A DNA stretch of 64,000 nucleotides, from positions 1 to 64,000 of the forward strand of contig NOWV01000157.1 of NCBI GenBank assembly GCA_003344405.1, in the 5' to 3' direction. The notes under the pieces were generated by a model. It was not told the DNA's origin. It saw nothing but the letters and a program-made list of their open reading frames with translations, and did not search any database. How positions within the stretch are numbered: position 1 is the stretch's first letter; each line of letters starts with the position of its first letter. Source of the DNA: Trichoplax sp. H2 (taxonomy: Eukaryota). Shown piece by piece: positions 1 to 12,580 of this stretch. Position numbers and translations under genes: made by a program.

Positions 1-839
1 GTCGAAATGACAAAAAAAGAAAATATATTAGTAGAGGTGATAAAAATAAGCACTATCTGAAATCGTCTTTCATAAGTAGACGATAGCTGCGATCTAAATA
101 TTAATCTTGACTTTCTCAGTTTGCATATTATTATCGCATATAAGATGACCGTAGTAATATATGCGAGCATTAAGTAAGCTAAGACGATAAATGCCCTTAC
201 GGTATGACTTGGGGTCAAATAATATTCGCCAAGACATAAATTACGATAAAAATCAAAATAGTAAGGAGATCTAAGATGAAAATGAGAGAAAGTAAAGATA
301 ATATTTCCTACAGTCCCAGCAACTGCTAACACCCATAGTATCGCAGTTATAATTTTAGCTCTTTTTATAGTCAATCTCCAATTACTGTGTGGATAGACAG
401 TTAGTATGAAGCGATCGACTCCGATACATAAAGTCAATATTGCTGCCATCAATAAATTTATTGTTGCTAGAAAATGTGCTACGCCGCATGTCGCGCTAAC
501 TGACCATACATTCTGGATTAGAGAAAAATTAGTTCTTGAACCATAGATATGTCGATAGTAGCTGGTGTAATAAGAATCCGATATGACGAGTATAAACATA
601 TAAATAGAACCCATAAGATCGCAAAGAATTAAGTTAAATAATAACCATACTGAAGGATTCCTAAAAGCAATCATTGAATGACGATGATATTCTTTCTTTC
701 TTACTGAGACAAGTGATTCCCATACTGTATAAATGATAAGAAATAGATTTAACGGCAATCCAATTAGAGCGATAGACCATGCTATGGGACGTATCGAGTC
801 AATCTCAAGGAACACAGAATATCGGCTGAAATTATCCAT
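1..839 (-). CDS. LGR/relaxin-receptor-like 7TM GPCR, copy 1 (3' end runs off the window start)
   Basis: Near-identical to 6508..7355 (offset 6507, becoming 6516 after an in-frame 9-bp net deletion near 710). ATG at 839 (MDNFSRYSVF...). Missing from the ORF track, presumably because the stop lies outside the window. Confidence 0.85.
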   Translation of the reverse strand, partial: MDNFSRYSVFLEIDSIRPIAWSIALIGLPLNLFLIIYTVWESLVSVRKKEYHRHSMIAFRNPSVWLLFNLILCDLMGSIYMFILVISDSYYTSYYRHIYGSRTNFSLIQNVWSVSATCGVAHFLATINLLMAAILTLCIGVDRFILTVYPHSNWRLTIKRAKIITAILWVLAVAGTVGNIIFTFSHFHLRSPYYFDFYRNLCLGEYYLTPSHTVRAFIVLAYLMLAYITTVILYAIIICKLRKSRLIFRSQLSSTYERRFQIVLIFITSTNIFSFFVIS

Positions 840-3800
840 AAAGTCGTCTAATTCGATCAATATATTATTCTATTTACAGTGTAATGGTTGAAGTAGAGTA
901 AAATATAGAATAATATATTGCTTGTGTATAATTTTAATAGTTAAATTTTAGTCTTGTTGAGAATCACACAATAAATGCTAGTAAGGCATATTATGATTAG
1001 GAATTGACGATAGCATTTTTACAAAAATTTACTTTTAAGAGTTCGAAGTAAAATGTGATACTGTACCATGAATCTTTTAGTAGAAAGGAAAAAAACCAGC
1101 TGTGTGATTAGATCGAATTATAGGGTACAAGATGCAGATAATAATAAATATGCGTGTTTTAACAGTTAACACGACAGCGAGGTAATTCCAATAAGCTACG
1201 TAGCTTTTTAGCTTCTGAACGTTGGTATTAATGTTAATATTTTAGCACAAACAAGAATCTATTGAGTACTTCATACAAAGGACAAGTTAATTATTAACCA
1301 CTTTTGAGCGGAAAATAGAGATATTGATAATAATAAAGCCTATTAAATTAAGAAAAAACTGTCTTAGCTTGATTTCCGTTGATTTCTAACTTTTCGATGT
1401 GCAACTATTACTTATTGTAAAGTTGTTGATTGTCAAATCTAATTTAATACTTAGAATGAAATAAATTTAGATTCCTAGAAGAGATAGCTACTGAAGTTTT
1501 ATTGTAGTTAAGGCTTCTAAATAAGATGAATAATATCTGACAAATGATGTGACATCAGTAATTCTGCTATATTTAATTTTTCTTTATAAATGAATGGTTA
1601 ACATGGTGATGGTATGACGCGAACTATCGTGAAGAATTAAATTACCAATTTAGCAAATTTAACATTAACATATGATAATTACAATTGGTTGCTTACAGTA
1701 GGAACCACTGAAGTTATAATATATTACAGTATATCATTTATTGTACTGTAATAAAATTCTTACATAGTAATGGAATACAGTACAGCTATTGTAACTGAAG
1801 TTAAGGCTGATAATAAATTGTAGGTGTACTAAATAACTCCGTGAATCCACTTACTGTAGTCTGATTACGTACTGTAAAACCAGTTAGTAGATGTCAATAT
1901 CAATAATTATTACCCTATCCATCAATGTTATTTTCTGCCGAAAGGTATATAACCACATAGTTAAATGGTAAGTTCTCTAGTTGTGAAGAAGCAAAGCCGT
2001 ATAAGTCCTTGTGAGTAGTCAAGCGATACCCAATTCCGGACAATTTAGAAATTTAGAGATTTGTCTCTACGTTAATCTAATCTGACAAGCGATCAATGCA
2101 CAAATGATGGCTATTTTGTAATTAGTTATAGGGTGTGAAATTTAATATAATAATCTCTACATGAGTTATCTTCAGATCTATTTCTGTAAATACGCATCCC
2201 AACATTAAGCCATTTTCTATGAGTGGTAGGGTCACAAAACCGTACATTATACTAATTATTATAAACTAATACATTAATTAGACTAGCAAAAGTTCGAGTT
2301 CAACCCAGTCATCTTTTCATTTACTCATTTCTTTATGACTTGACTTAATAGCTTTTTTACGGATCTTTTCTAAATATTATTTTCATGCAGTATTTTGTCT
2401 GTTATTATAAAATAGAAGGACAGTATGTACTAGCAAGGTTACTACACGAACTTATTTCTAACTGTTATAATGAATACTTGTTTTAAATAAATTTAAGAAT
2501 CGATTATGTGTAATATCTTTCGAGAATGAATAGGCAAAAAATTTTTCATAATCTTAATAAAATTCAGCTAACTTTAGGTATTTCTGCTTGTATTATCACC
2601 TAAGTAATAATAATCTTGTATTGTGTTGTCGAGTCATAGTAGTAAAGTATAAATCAGATTTCTTCATAGTTAGTGTTAGCAGTAACGATAGCGTCTGTTT
2701 TTTTGGTATGCTCTCAGTCAACTGAAGCGAGATCGTCAGCTAAGCTTCCACGTGAATATCTATCTTTATTCTGATTTCTCACCACCTTATATACTGTACA
2801 ATACAGTACCTTTACTGATCTAGTACGGAACAGAACTAGTGCCGTCAAGCTCTGATAAGGTTGCAATACAACCGATATGAATACAATACAAGAAATCCTA
2901 TAATTAGATACAGAGACGCTAGTAAATCCGTAACAGTTAGTCCAATGCTTTTACGGTTGTGCTGGTTGAACATTAGCTTACTTAAAGTAGAATGTAATTG
3001 AATATTACAATCCCGAAGCACCTTCAAAAATTGAAATTTTACGAGAATAGAGTACCGAACTTATCTCGGAATCTACAGAGTACGGTTCCATTAATGACAG
3101 TAATATATTGAAGAAAGAAAATATTTTTTTTATGGGTTAAAGATACAACTTTACCGTAATGTAGTCGACACATCGAAAATTTGGAATTACTACAAGTTAG
3201 TAGTTGTCTACTTTCTGAGAGTGGAGCTATGATAAGTTGTTACGTCTGAATTTCTATTAGTAACGACAGCTATACCTTATCGATATTGTTCATTTCTTAG
3301 ACTGATACACGTAACATTATATAGCAAATAGAGAATTGTCACAAAACAGCTTTGCAACAAGATAATGTTATGTACGATCAATAAGTCAATTCCTTGAACT
3401 ACGTATCAAGGAACGATATCTGAACTATCAGAAACACTTTTGCTCTACTAGCAGACTACACAAAGACTTAAATGCCTTGTATTTTACTTTAAACACTTAG
3501 TTTAACAATCCACTTTATTACTCGATATACTCCATTTAAATACTCTTCCTCAATAGTTCATGAGTCACAGTTAGTACGATTAACTTTGGAATCATTTACT
3601 GTATTAGATATTAATTTTAGCTACTGCTCCCTTGATGCAGACAACAGTATTTACGAACATAGACATCTGATGACTAATACAGAATAGTCAGATCACGATA
3701 AGTCCTATCACGGAACATTTCCACGATAATTTACAATCTATCATGAGTAAGTTACAATCACAATGATTCGAACCGTAAGTAGATGATTTGCATTCCCTAT

Positions 3801-4107
3801 TAAAACTATTAATTTCAGCATGTGTATATGTGTCTCTGTCATAAAACGTCAGTGCTATATTAAAACAGTATATCCAAATTAGAAGTTAACTAAATAAGGA
3901 TAGGCTAACAGAATTATACTAACATATATATTTCTACTCTAAAAAAGTATATAACACTGTCACAAGAATACTCCTATTCTCTGAGATAGAGTTTGCTAGT
4001 TCTTTTAGGCACTTACAAACATTCCGTTTATCTAAGTTACCAGTATGATTTATTTATATTACAATCTCGCTAGTCGCCTTTTACAATGTCACATAAGTCT
4101 AACTCAC

Positions 4108-5350
4108 TAGACTGCTACTTTTCTACTTCGCATTAAGTCCTCTTTATATACTTAATATTTTGAAACCTCAACTTAATACTTACTTAATCTGTGTTTATGT
4201 TACTTATCTCTAGTCCCTTTATTATTTTGAATTTAACACAATAGAAGAATATGCGATATTCATGCTTGAATTTCGTAAAAGTCTTAATTTGAAGTATATA
4301 AACTAGATATAAGGAATACTCGTAATTACCGGTATAGGTTTTCCAAATAGTATAATAACTATTTTCGATGTTACTAAAGAACAGAAAACTATTTTGGTAG
4401 TTTATATTTCCCTTAATTATTAAAATAATTATCAAAATGAACAATAATGTATTAACATGATACATGTAATAGAGGAATATATTCGGAGTCCTTTATAGTC
4501 TTGTCACGTTCTGTAATAGTTACATAATTAGTATGTTACCTTCTTTCTATATATGGCTAAATATCACGATGTTATCACGTCAGGCGTATATAGATGTAGT
4601 TATGGTACTATATTAAGCTTATCTATATATGTATTCTCATGTTGCCATACTTGGCATGATAGTCTATTTGTAATGACTAAACTAGGGAAACCTTTCTGTT
4701 AGTGATGATCTTGTGATCTACGTCAGTAGATCAAAGGTCACAATAAAGAAAGTATATAAACTCTTCATTTTAACAATAAAGTTAGTTCTTCAACTTANNN
4801 NNNNNNNNNNNNNNNNNTCAACCTTATACACTAGCTCACTTACAGTTTATACCGTACAGTTGTTAACATATAATACCAGACATCTACGCTAATCTGCGCG
4901 CGTGGTACTGTATCACATCATCTTAATAATTGCAATCATCTGGTAACTACTGTACTTAGACTGCTACTTATCTACTTCGCATTAAGTCCTCTTTATATAC
5001 TTAATATTTTGAAACCTCAACTTAATACTTACTTAATCTGTGTTTATGTTACTTATCTCTAGTCCCTTTATTATTTTGAATTTAACACAATAGAAGAATA
5101 TGCGATATTCATGCTTGAATTTCGTAAAAGTCTTAATTTGAAGTATATAAACTAGATATAAGGAATACTCGTAATTACCGGTATAGGTTTTCCAAATAGT
5201 ATAATAACTATTTTCGATGTTACTAAAGAACAGAAAACTATTTTGGTAGTTTATATTTCCCTTAATTATTAAAATAATTATCAAAACGAACAATAATGTA
5301 TTAACATGATACATGTAATAGAGGAATATATTCGGAGTCCTTTATAGTCT
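4108..5350. repeat. Near-identical ~394-bp duplication flanking gap 4798..4817 (4108..4501 = 4957..5350); probable uncollapsed haplotypes
   Basis: Direct comparison shows very few substitutions. The same 93-aa ORF is listed twice in the track. Confidence 0.8.
4502..4797 (+). mobile_element. LTR (second family), truncated by scaffold gap
   Basis: Begins TGTCACG exactly where the 4108..4501 / 4957..5350 duplication diverges. Contains TATATAA (~4753) followed by AATAAA (~4775). The other copy reads through without it. Confidence 0.6.
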
Positions 5351-6254
5351 CTAGTATAAAAATCGTATTACTTTATTTAAAAAACACATAGAGAGTGATA
5401 GTATTCTTACTGTACTTTATCTTACTCTGCTAAGGTTAGGTAACGCTATCTTTTCTTCTCTGCTTTCTTGTAAGGCTTGATATAAATAACCGTACTACAC
5501 TATACAAACTATTCACACGGTCTGCTGTAAAATACTTGACTGTACACTGTTCAATAATTATATAGTAGTACTGTAATCTTTCAAGTTTATACACTCTGAC
5601 GCTTCATAGTTTTTGATAAATTGTAACTTAGTGTACGAGTTCTGTACCCTCAAATACGTAGTTTAGTCACTAAGATGCTAGCAAATACCTAATCTTAAGA
5701 AATAGCGATAGACCTTAGATCTAGATCTGTCAATATTACGACGATCTATCTTTAAGATCTGGCGTTTGATAGAATTAAGTATGTTAACATTGTTTCGTAA
5801 TTTCTAACTACGACTCGTGTAATATTGTGTTATAAAATATTAAAAACTACCCGAAAACAGGTAAATCATAGTATTGATAGATATAAGTGTACTTTAACTT
5901 TAGTAATTATTAAAAGATACGTCTATTCGTTTATTTAAGCTTAACCAATACGGTCAATCTACTACCGATAAAATAGCCGTGTGAACTTAGTACGGAGTTT
6001 GTTTAATATAAAAGGCTTCTAAACCGTACCGTTATACTCATTCGAATCTAATTACACTTTATTATTGACTTCTATCCAAACTTATTATTATAGTAAACGT
6101 GTTAAAATTGTGTAATTCAGTTTATTTACGAAATATCTTGGCAAGCTAATAATACTTTTACTACAAGAAACAATCCATATTAGATAATCACACAGTTTTT
6201 GGTGAATGTATAAAAATGTCACAGCAGACGAGTACGTTTGAAGTCTTAATACGA

Positions 6255-7355
6255 TTAAATCTCTGTAACTACGATATTTTCGTGTTGGCTAGATTTTGTT
6301 TCACTAGAAGTAATAGGCTTAACTTTAGGAAGAGCACAACTTGATATCGAAGATTGACAACGTAGCCGACTTCTAATATCGTGAAATCGAAAGATTAAGT
6401 AAATTATTGGATCAAGAGCTGCATTAGAATAAGGAAGTATACTAGTTATTTTCTGAAGTTTCGATACTTGATTCGGTGTTCCATTTAGATAATCAATAGC
6501 TGCAGTAGTCGAAATGACAAAAAAAGAAAATATATTAGTAGAGGTGATAAAAATAAGCACTATCTGAAATCGTCTTTCATAAGTAGACGATAGCTGCGAT
6601 CTAAATATTAATCTTGACTTTCTCAGTTTGCATATTATTATCGCGTACAAGATGACCGTAGTAATATATGCGAGCATTAAGTAAGCTAAGACGATAAACG
6701 CCCTTACGGTATGACTTGGGGTCAAATAATATTCGCCAAGACATAAATTACGATAAAAATCATAATAGTAAGGAGATCTAAGATGAAAATGAGAGAAATT
6801 AAAGATAATATTTCCTACAGTCCCAGCAACTGCTAACACCCATAGTATCGCAGTTATAATTTTAGCTCTTTTTATAGTCAATCTCCAATTACTGTGTGGA
6901 TAGACAGTTAGTATGAAGCGATCGACTCCGATACATAAAGTCAGTATTGCTGCCATGAATAAATTTATTGTTGCTAGAAAATGTGCTACGCCGCATGTCG
7001 CGCTAACTGACCATACATTCTCGATTAGAGAAAAATTAGTTCTTGAACCATAGATATGTCGATAGTAGCTGGTGTAATAAGAGTCCGATATGACGAGTAT
7101 AAACATATAAATAGAACCCATAAGATCGCAAAAAAGTAAGTTAAGTAATAACCATACTGAAGGATTCCTGAAAGCAATCATTGAATGACGATGATATTCT
7201 TTCTTTCTTACTGAGAACTTATAGATAAGTGATTCCCATACTGCATAAATGATAAGAAATAGATTTAGCGGCAATCCAATTAGAGCGATAGACCATGCTA
7301 TCGGACGTATCGAGTCAATCTCAAGGAACACAGAATATCGGCTGAAATTATCCAT
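6255..7355 (-). CDS. Intronless class A GPCR, LGR/relaxin-receptor-type 7TM domain, copy 2 (366 aa from the first ATG)
   Basis: Seven hydrophobic segments. LGR-type motifs: RPIAW...LNLFL (TM1), NLLFCDLMGSIYMFILVISDSYY (TM2), W-S-C (ECL1), GVDRF, FYRNLCL (ECL2), LPYSNAALDPIIY (TM7). The ORF track starts at an upstream TTG (7376); the first ATG is at 7355 and matches the paralogs. Confidence 0.9.
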   Translation of the reverse strand: MDNFSRYSVFLEIDSIRPIAWSIALIGLPLNLFLIIYAVWESLIYKFSVRKKEYHRHSMIAFRNPSVWLLLNLLFCDLMGSIYMFILVISDSYYTSYYRHIYGSRTNFSLIENVWSVSATCGVAHFLATINLFMAAILTLCIGVDRFILTVYPHSNWRLTIKRAKIITAILWVLAVAGTVGNIIFNFSHFHLRSPYYYDFYRNLCLGEYYLTPSHTVRAFIVLAYLMLAYITTVILYAIIICKLRKSRLIFRSQLSSTYERRFQIVLIFITSTNIFSFFVISTTAAIDYLNGTPNQVSKLQKITSILPYSNAALDPIIYLIFRFHDIRSRLRCQSSISSCALPKVKPITSSETKSSQHENIVVTEI

Positions 7356-10300
7356 AAAGTCGTCTAATTCGATCAATATATTGTTCTATTTACGGTGCCT
7401 GGATAATTTAGTGTAAGATATAGAATAATATATTGTTTGTATATGATTTTAATCGTAAATATTAGTCTTACTTTTAATGGATAATTTATATTAAGGTGTA
7501 GAAAATACTATCCTCTGTGTATAATTTTAATCGTTAAGTAATAGTCTTACGGAGTATGATAGAATAAATGCTAATAAGGTATACAGTGTTTTATGATTAA
7601 GAATTGATAATGAGATTTTTATAAGAATTTTACAGTTAACAGTTCTAATCAAAATGTTATGCTGTGTGCAATCGATTATTAGTAGAAAGAAACAAGAAAT
7701 AAGCTGCAAGATTAGATCAAATAATAGGGTGCAAGGCATGGATGCCAATAAATACGTATATGCTAGCGGTTTGCACGGCAGCTAAGTAATTCCAAAAACT
7801 TAGCTTTTTCTTATCTCAAAGCTGTTATTAAAATTAATATTTTAGTACGAATAAGCATTTATAAAGTACTTAATATAAAGGAAAAAATAATCATTAATCT
7901 TTTTTGAATCCTATGTAGAGATACTGGCAATTACAAAGGCAATAAAATTAAGAAAAAATCAATATCTTAGTTTGATATATCGTTGATTTCTAAATTTTCG
8001 ATGTGCAGCTTTTACTTACGGTTTATTTTTTGATAGTAAAATCTAATTTAATACTCAGAATAAAAAAGAATTTGGATTTTTAGAAGAGATAAATGCTGAA
8101 GTAAGTTTTGTTATAGTCTAGACTTCTCTGCAGGATGAATAATATCTGATAAATGAAATAACTTCGGTAAATCTGCTATATTTAATTTTTCTTCATTCTA
8201 ATTAATGATTAATATAGCGATTAATTTATAAATGATCCTTAACATAGAGCTCAATCCTAAATAATCCTACACAATAGATAATATGAGATTATGTCAATTT
8301 ATAGTCCACGTCATCTATCATATAATTATAAATGTGTACTGAAAACTTAAACAAATAATAGCCGGAATACTTGCCGGTAAATGAAATTTTATTTCCTTTG
8401 TATTTGATTTTAGGGCGTGAAATTTACCGATGCTATAATGATCTCTGAACAATTTGTCTTTAGATTTATTTCTTTATGTACGTATCCTAAAATTAAGCCA
8501 TTTTCTCTGAACGCGGTATACTAAGCCATAAATTGTAGTAATTATAAACTATTATATGAATTAGACTAACAAAGGGTTGGAATCAACCCAGTCATCTTTT
8601 ATTTTATTCGTTTTCTTTGCAAATATGCTCAATAGCTATCTTTCGTATGTTTTCTAAACATTGTTATCATGCAGTGTTTTGTCCGTTACTATAAAATGGA
8701 AGGATATTATGTAATAGCAAGGTTACCACACGAATCTATTTCTAACTATAGTAATGAGCATTTGTTTTCAGTAGATTTACGATTCAAAAATAGATTGTAA
8801 GAAGAATGAATAAATTGGTAATCTATTTACATCTTTCGATAATAAATTGGAAAAATAGTTTTCTCAGTCTTATTAAATTTCAACTAACTTAAAAATAATT
8901 CTGTTTACATTATCCCTTACAGTAAGTAATAATAAACTTCCATTATATTATCGAATCGCAGCAGTAAAGTGTGAATCAGATTTCTCCTAAGCTAATCCAA
9001 AGCGTTTAAGGTTATAGTGGTTAAGTTTCAACTTCCTTAAATAAAGTAGATTTCAGTAGAACATCATTAAACCAAGTGGTATGCATAAATCGAAATTTTT
9101 GTGACAGTAGAGTATTTATTTCAGAATCTGCAAATTATGGCTTCATTAAATGAAAGTAACATATTTGTTTAGGTAGCTGTATCCCCACTCCTACTCTCCA
9201 CCTCCACCAAATAAAAATGTTTTTGTATTTATATTATTATAATATTATAAAAGAAAGATAATTATAGTTCGCAGTGCAGACATTTTAAACTACCCGTTGA
9301 AGTTTCTTTACCGACGCTCGGTTTTGCTAATCTAATCAAAGAGGCGAGTGCTGCACTGTGACAACTGTAGCGTTCTAATGACTAGAAATGGTCAGAAGTA
9401 GTTTACTGTAAACAAATGTTGAGATGGAAATCTAAGAAAGAAGGCGAATGTTTTCATTTTCAGCTTGCTGTCTACCGTTGATAAAATAATAAAGATGACT
9501 CTTATTAAAAATCTGATGAAAACTTTTTGTTGAAAAGAAAAGGTCTTATAATTAAATTCTTTAAGGATACCAATTAAGATCTCCTGCAATGCTTATGTAA
9601 ATAATGTATTTAAGCTATTTAACTAAAATTGAATTATACGTAACCAGATGATAATTTAGTTATGTCATTAAATGTGCAAACAGAGTTATTTGCAGCTACC
9701 ACAGTGCTTGTCGCGACTGCTAGACTAGCGTCGCTAGATAATATTGTTCTTAAGGATTAATATCCTTAACTACGCATAGTTGTTACCGTTATCTTGTATT
9801 GCTGTACCGGTAAATGATAAATTAATGTTGTACGGTACAAGTATGTTTATTAGTCAATTGTGTTAAACTGAAAAATGATATCTCAAGAATGTTATCGCAA
9901 TGTTAGAGAAGTTATGCATATTCATGCCAATGTAAGAGTATATAAATGAGGCGCTTTTACTATCTTGGGGAGTCGGTTCGAGTGTGAATTAGTAAGTTGG
10001 TTAGTTGTAGTTAATAAAGGTCGATTTCAACCACCGATAGAAAAGAAAGGAAATTCATTTTGTTGTTGGCTCAGCAGAAATTTCGCACGCTTCCGTAAAT
10101 TCGTAAAGATCAAACTGAGTCACAACAGTGCTAAACATAATTAGTAGGCTGATTGAATGTTATCCAAATAAAATACTGTACAAAAGCAATTTATTTAGTA
10201 AATCTAATCTATTCTCACCCGAACCAAAATTAACAATGACAAACACAACCATCCCTAAACATGATAAATAAACCTACAATATTAATAGCAGCCGTTTTCG

Positions 10301-11219
10301 ATTGACTAGCTGAGCCATATTATAGATTGCTATAAAAGATGAGATTATCTACTTTATCACATATATAGAACTAAAATACTCATTAATTTCAATTGTGGCT
10401 AATTGTACTACACCTAGCAACTTGGTAATTATTATAACAACTGTTATGAAATTCTCATCCTGTTGATGTATTGTTTTCGGTAATCAAATTTGACTGCAGA
10501 TATAACTTTTATTTTCTAATTATGTCTTAGGAAATATTAAAACTGGAGTACCAAAACAGCTAATTTTTTTACGTAATATTTAGTCCTTAGGAGTAAATAA
10601 TTTTTACATTTAATTAAGTTGAATTAGTTTTATAGCTTCTATCTTATGTTTCAATGGCTAATTTGAGAAAGAGAATTAGGACATACACCAGTCAATCTCG
10701 ATAGATATTGGGCCAGATGAAGTATAGAGTATCGTATCATATTTGACTATAGCTTTATTTCTGTGCTTAACCTATTGAGTGCATATCAATTTACTTTCGT
10801 GAAGTAATGAGATATCAGCACATGAGGATGATTGCATAGAACTGATAAATACTCGACTAAATGCTATTTCTGGTGCACTTTACATGATACATTCTAAAAA
10901 TTTAACAGCAATACCATTATCGTTAACATTGTTTTGTTGGCTCAAATAAATCATATCTAAATATTGCTCACAGAAAATTTGTAAGTAATATAGGTGGGTG
11001 AACATGACTTTATCCTAAAATAAAAATAAATTATACTGGACTATTATAAATATAAACTAACTGCTATACTGGCATTGTTAAGTCTAGAACTTGAATACAA
11101 ATATAGCACGAACATGAAAAGACTACTCTTTCTAATCAAATTGTGTATAAAGAATTTAGATAAACTGAATTTTATGTAGCTAAAATGCCAAATAAATAAT
11201 TCTTGGTTCACGACGTAGT

Positions 11220-12580
11220 TTAATCTAAGAAAATTTCATGATTGACAATATTGCTGGTCTTGCTTTCTTTCAAAGTAGCTGGGTAAACTTTCTGACGGCT
11301 GATCAGCAGAGACTGACGGCATAATTGACAATTAAGATCCTGAAATCGAAAGATTAAGTAAGTAGTGGATCAAGAATACCGTTGAACTAGGTGAAAACTG
11401 TAACTACTTTTTAAAATTGGCTGTACGTGTCGGGCACTTGATTGATAGTGCTGATACCTGAATGCAAATACGTTTGTTACGGAAATTGATGTAAGCATGA
11501 TCTGAAGGCGTCTCTCTTACATAGGTGATAATTGAGATCCAAATGTTAAACTTGATTTCCTCAGTTTACATACCGTTAAAATATATAGTATTACGCGAAT
11601 AGAATATGCTAGAACAAAGTAGCCTAATCGTATAGATCCAAAGAGTGTGTGAATTGGTATCAGGTAAAAATCATCAATGCTGATGTTAGCATAAAAATCG
11701 ATGAAATATAGCGATCTCTTATGGGCATAAACTTAGCGAATAGTAATAATTGCTTTCGTAACAAATTTAAATTCGATAGAAATTNNNNNNNNNNNNNNNN
11801 NNNNAACAATTATTGATTGCTAACTGCCTTAATACTGCGTATAGCAATTCCACACTAATAATACTTACTTCAATTACATGACAGCTATTTTCTACTACTA
11901 GGTGCTAATCAGCATGGTCATACACGATTGTAAACAATTATTAATCGTAAACACGGAGCTACTAGCTCCGTAACACTTGATTTCCTCAGTTTACATACCG
12001 TTAAAATATATAGTATTACGCGAACAGAATATGCTAGAACAAAGTAGCCTAATCGTCTAGATCCAAAGAGTGTGTGAATTGGTATCAGGTAAAAATCATC
12101 AATGCTGATGTTAGCATAAAAATCGATGAAATATAGCGATCTCTTATGGGCATAAACTTAGCGAATAGTAATAATTGCTTTCGTAACAAATTTAAATTCG
12201 ATAGAAATTGGTCCACACAGCTTGTTGTGCTCATTGACCATTCATATTTAATTAACGAAAATGTACCATTGTAATTGAAGATATGTTGATAGTAGGGAAT
12301 GTAGTAAGAATCTGATATAGTTAGAATTAAAACATAAACACTTCCTAAAAATCAAAAACTAATAAGTTAAATAACAGCCTAACGGAAGGATTTTAAGACT
12401 TATTGTGGGCTGCTGGCGGTACTCTAGTCTTGGTATGGAACTTTTATTGGTAATCGACTCTGAAAATATATAAATATTAAGAATAAGATTTAAAGGGGAA
12501 CCAACCATTGCAATCAACCATGCTAGCGAACGTAGAGAATCGATTTCAATGAAAACCGAGTATCTACTAATATTTGACAT
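11220..12580 (-). pseudogene. Degenerate LGR-like GPCR paralog
   Basis: N-terminus MSNISRYSVFIEIDSLRSLAWLIAMVGSPLNL matches the paralogs, then frameshifts. The TM3-TM4 segment appears to be missing. The TM7 region (~11335-11395) is recognisable. Interrupted by gap 11785..11804 and by the duplication 11551..11784 = 11976..12209. Confidence 0.8.
11805..11975 (-). mobile_element. 5' end of an LTR of the TGTTACGGAGC family, inserted in the GPCR pseudogene
   Basis: Ends in AGCTCCGTAACA (reverse complement of TGTTACGGAGCT, the start of the LTR at 47461), exactly at the duplication boundary CTTGA. The empty site is at 11551. Confidence 0.7.

Noticed and set aside
3337-3354. TGTCACAAAACAGCTTT resembling the LTR 3' end on the minus strand
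   Set aside because: The similarity stops after ~17 bp; no partner terminus or TSD found.
4184-5314. Duplicated 93-aa ORFs as real genes
   Set aside because: They lie in a gap-flanking duplication, have AT-driven composition, and the frame does not appear to be kept in the paralogous region near 17100-17400.
7527-7748. Hydrophobic 73-aa ORF as an upstream signal-peptide exon
   Set aside because: The homologous segment upstream of copy 1 has an in-frame stop.
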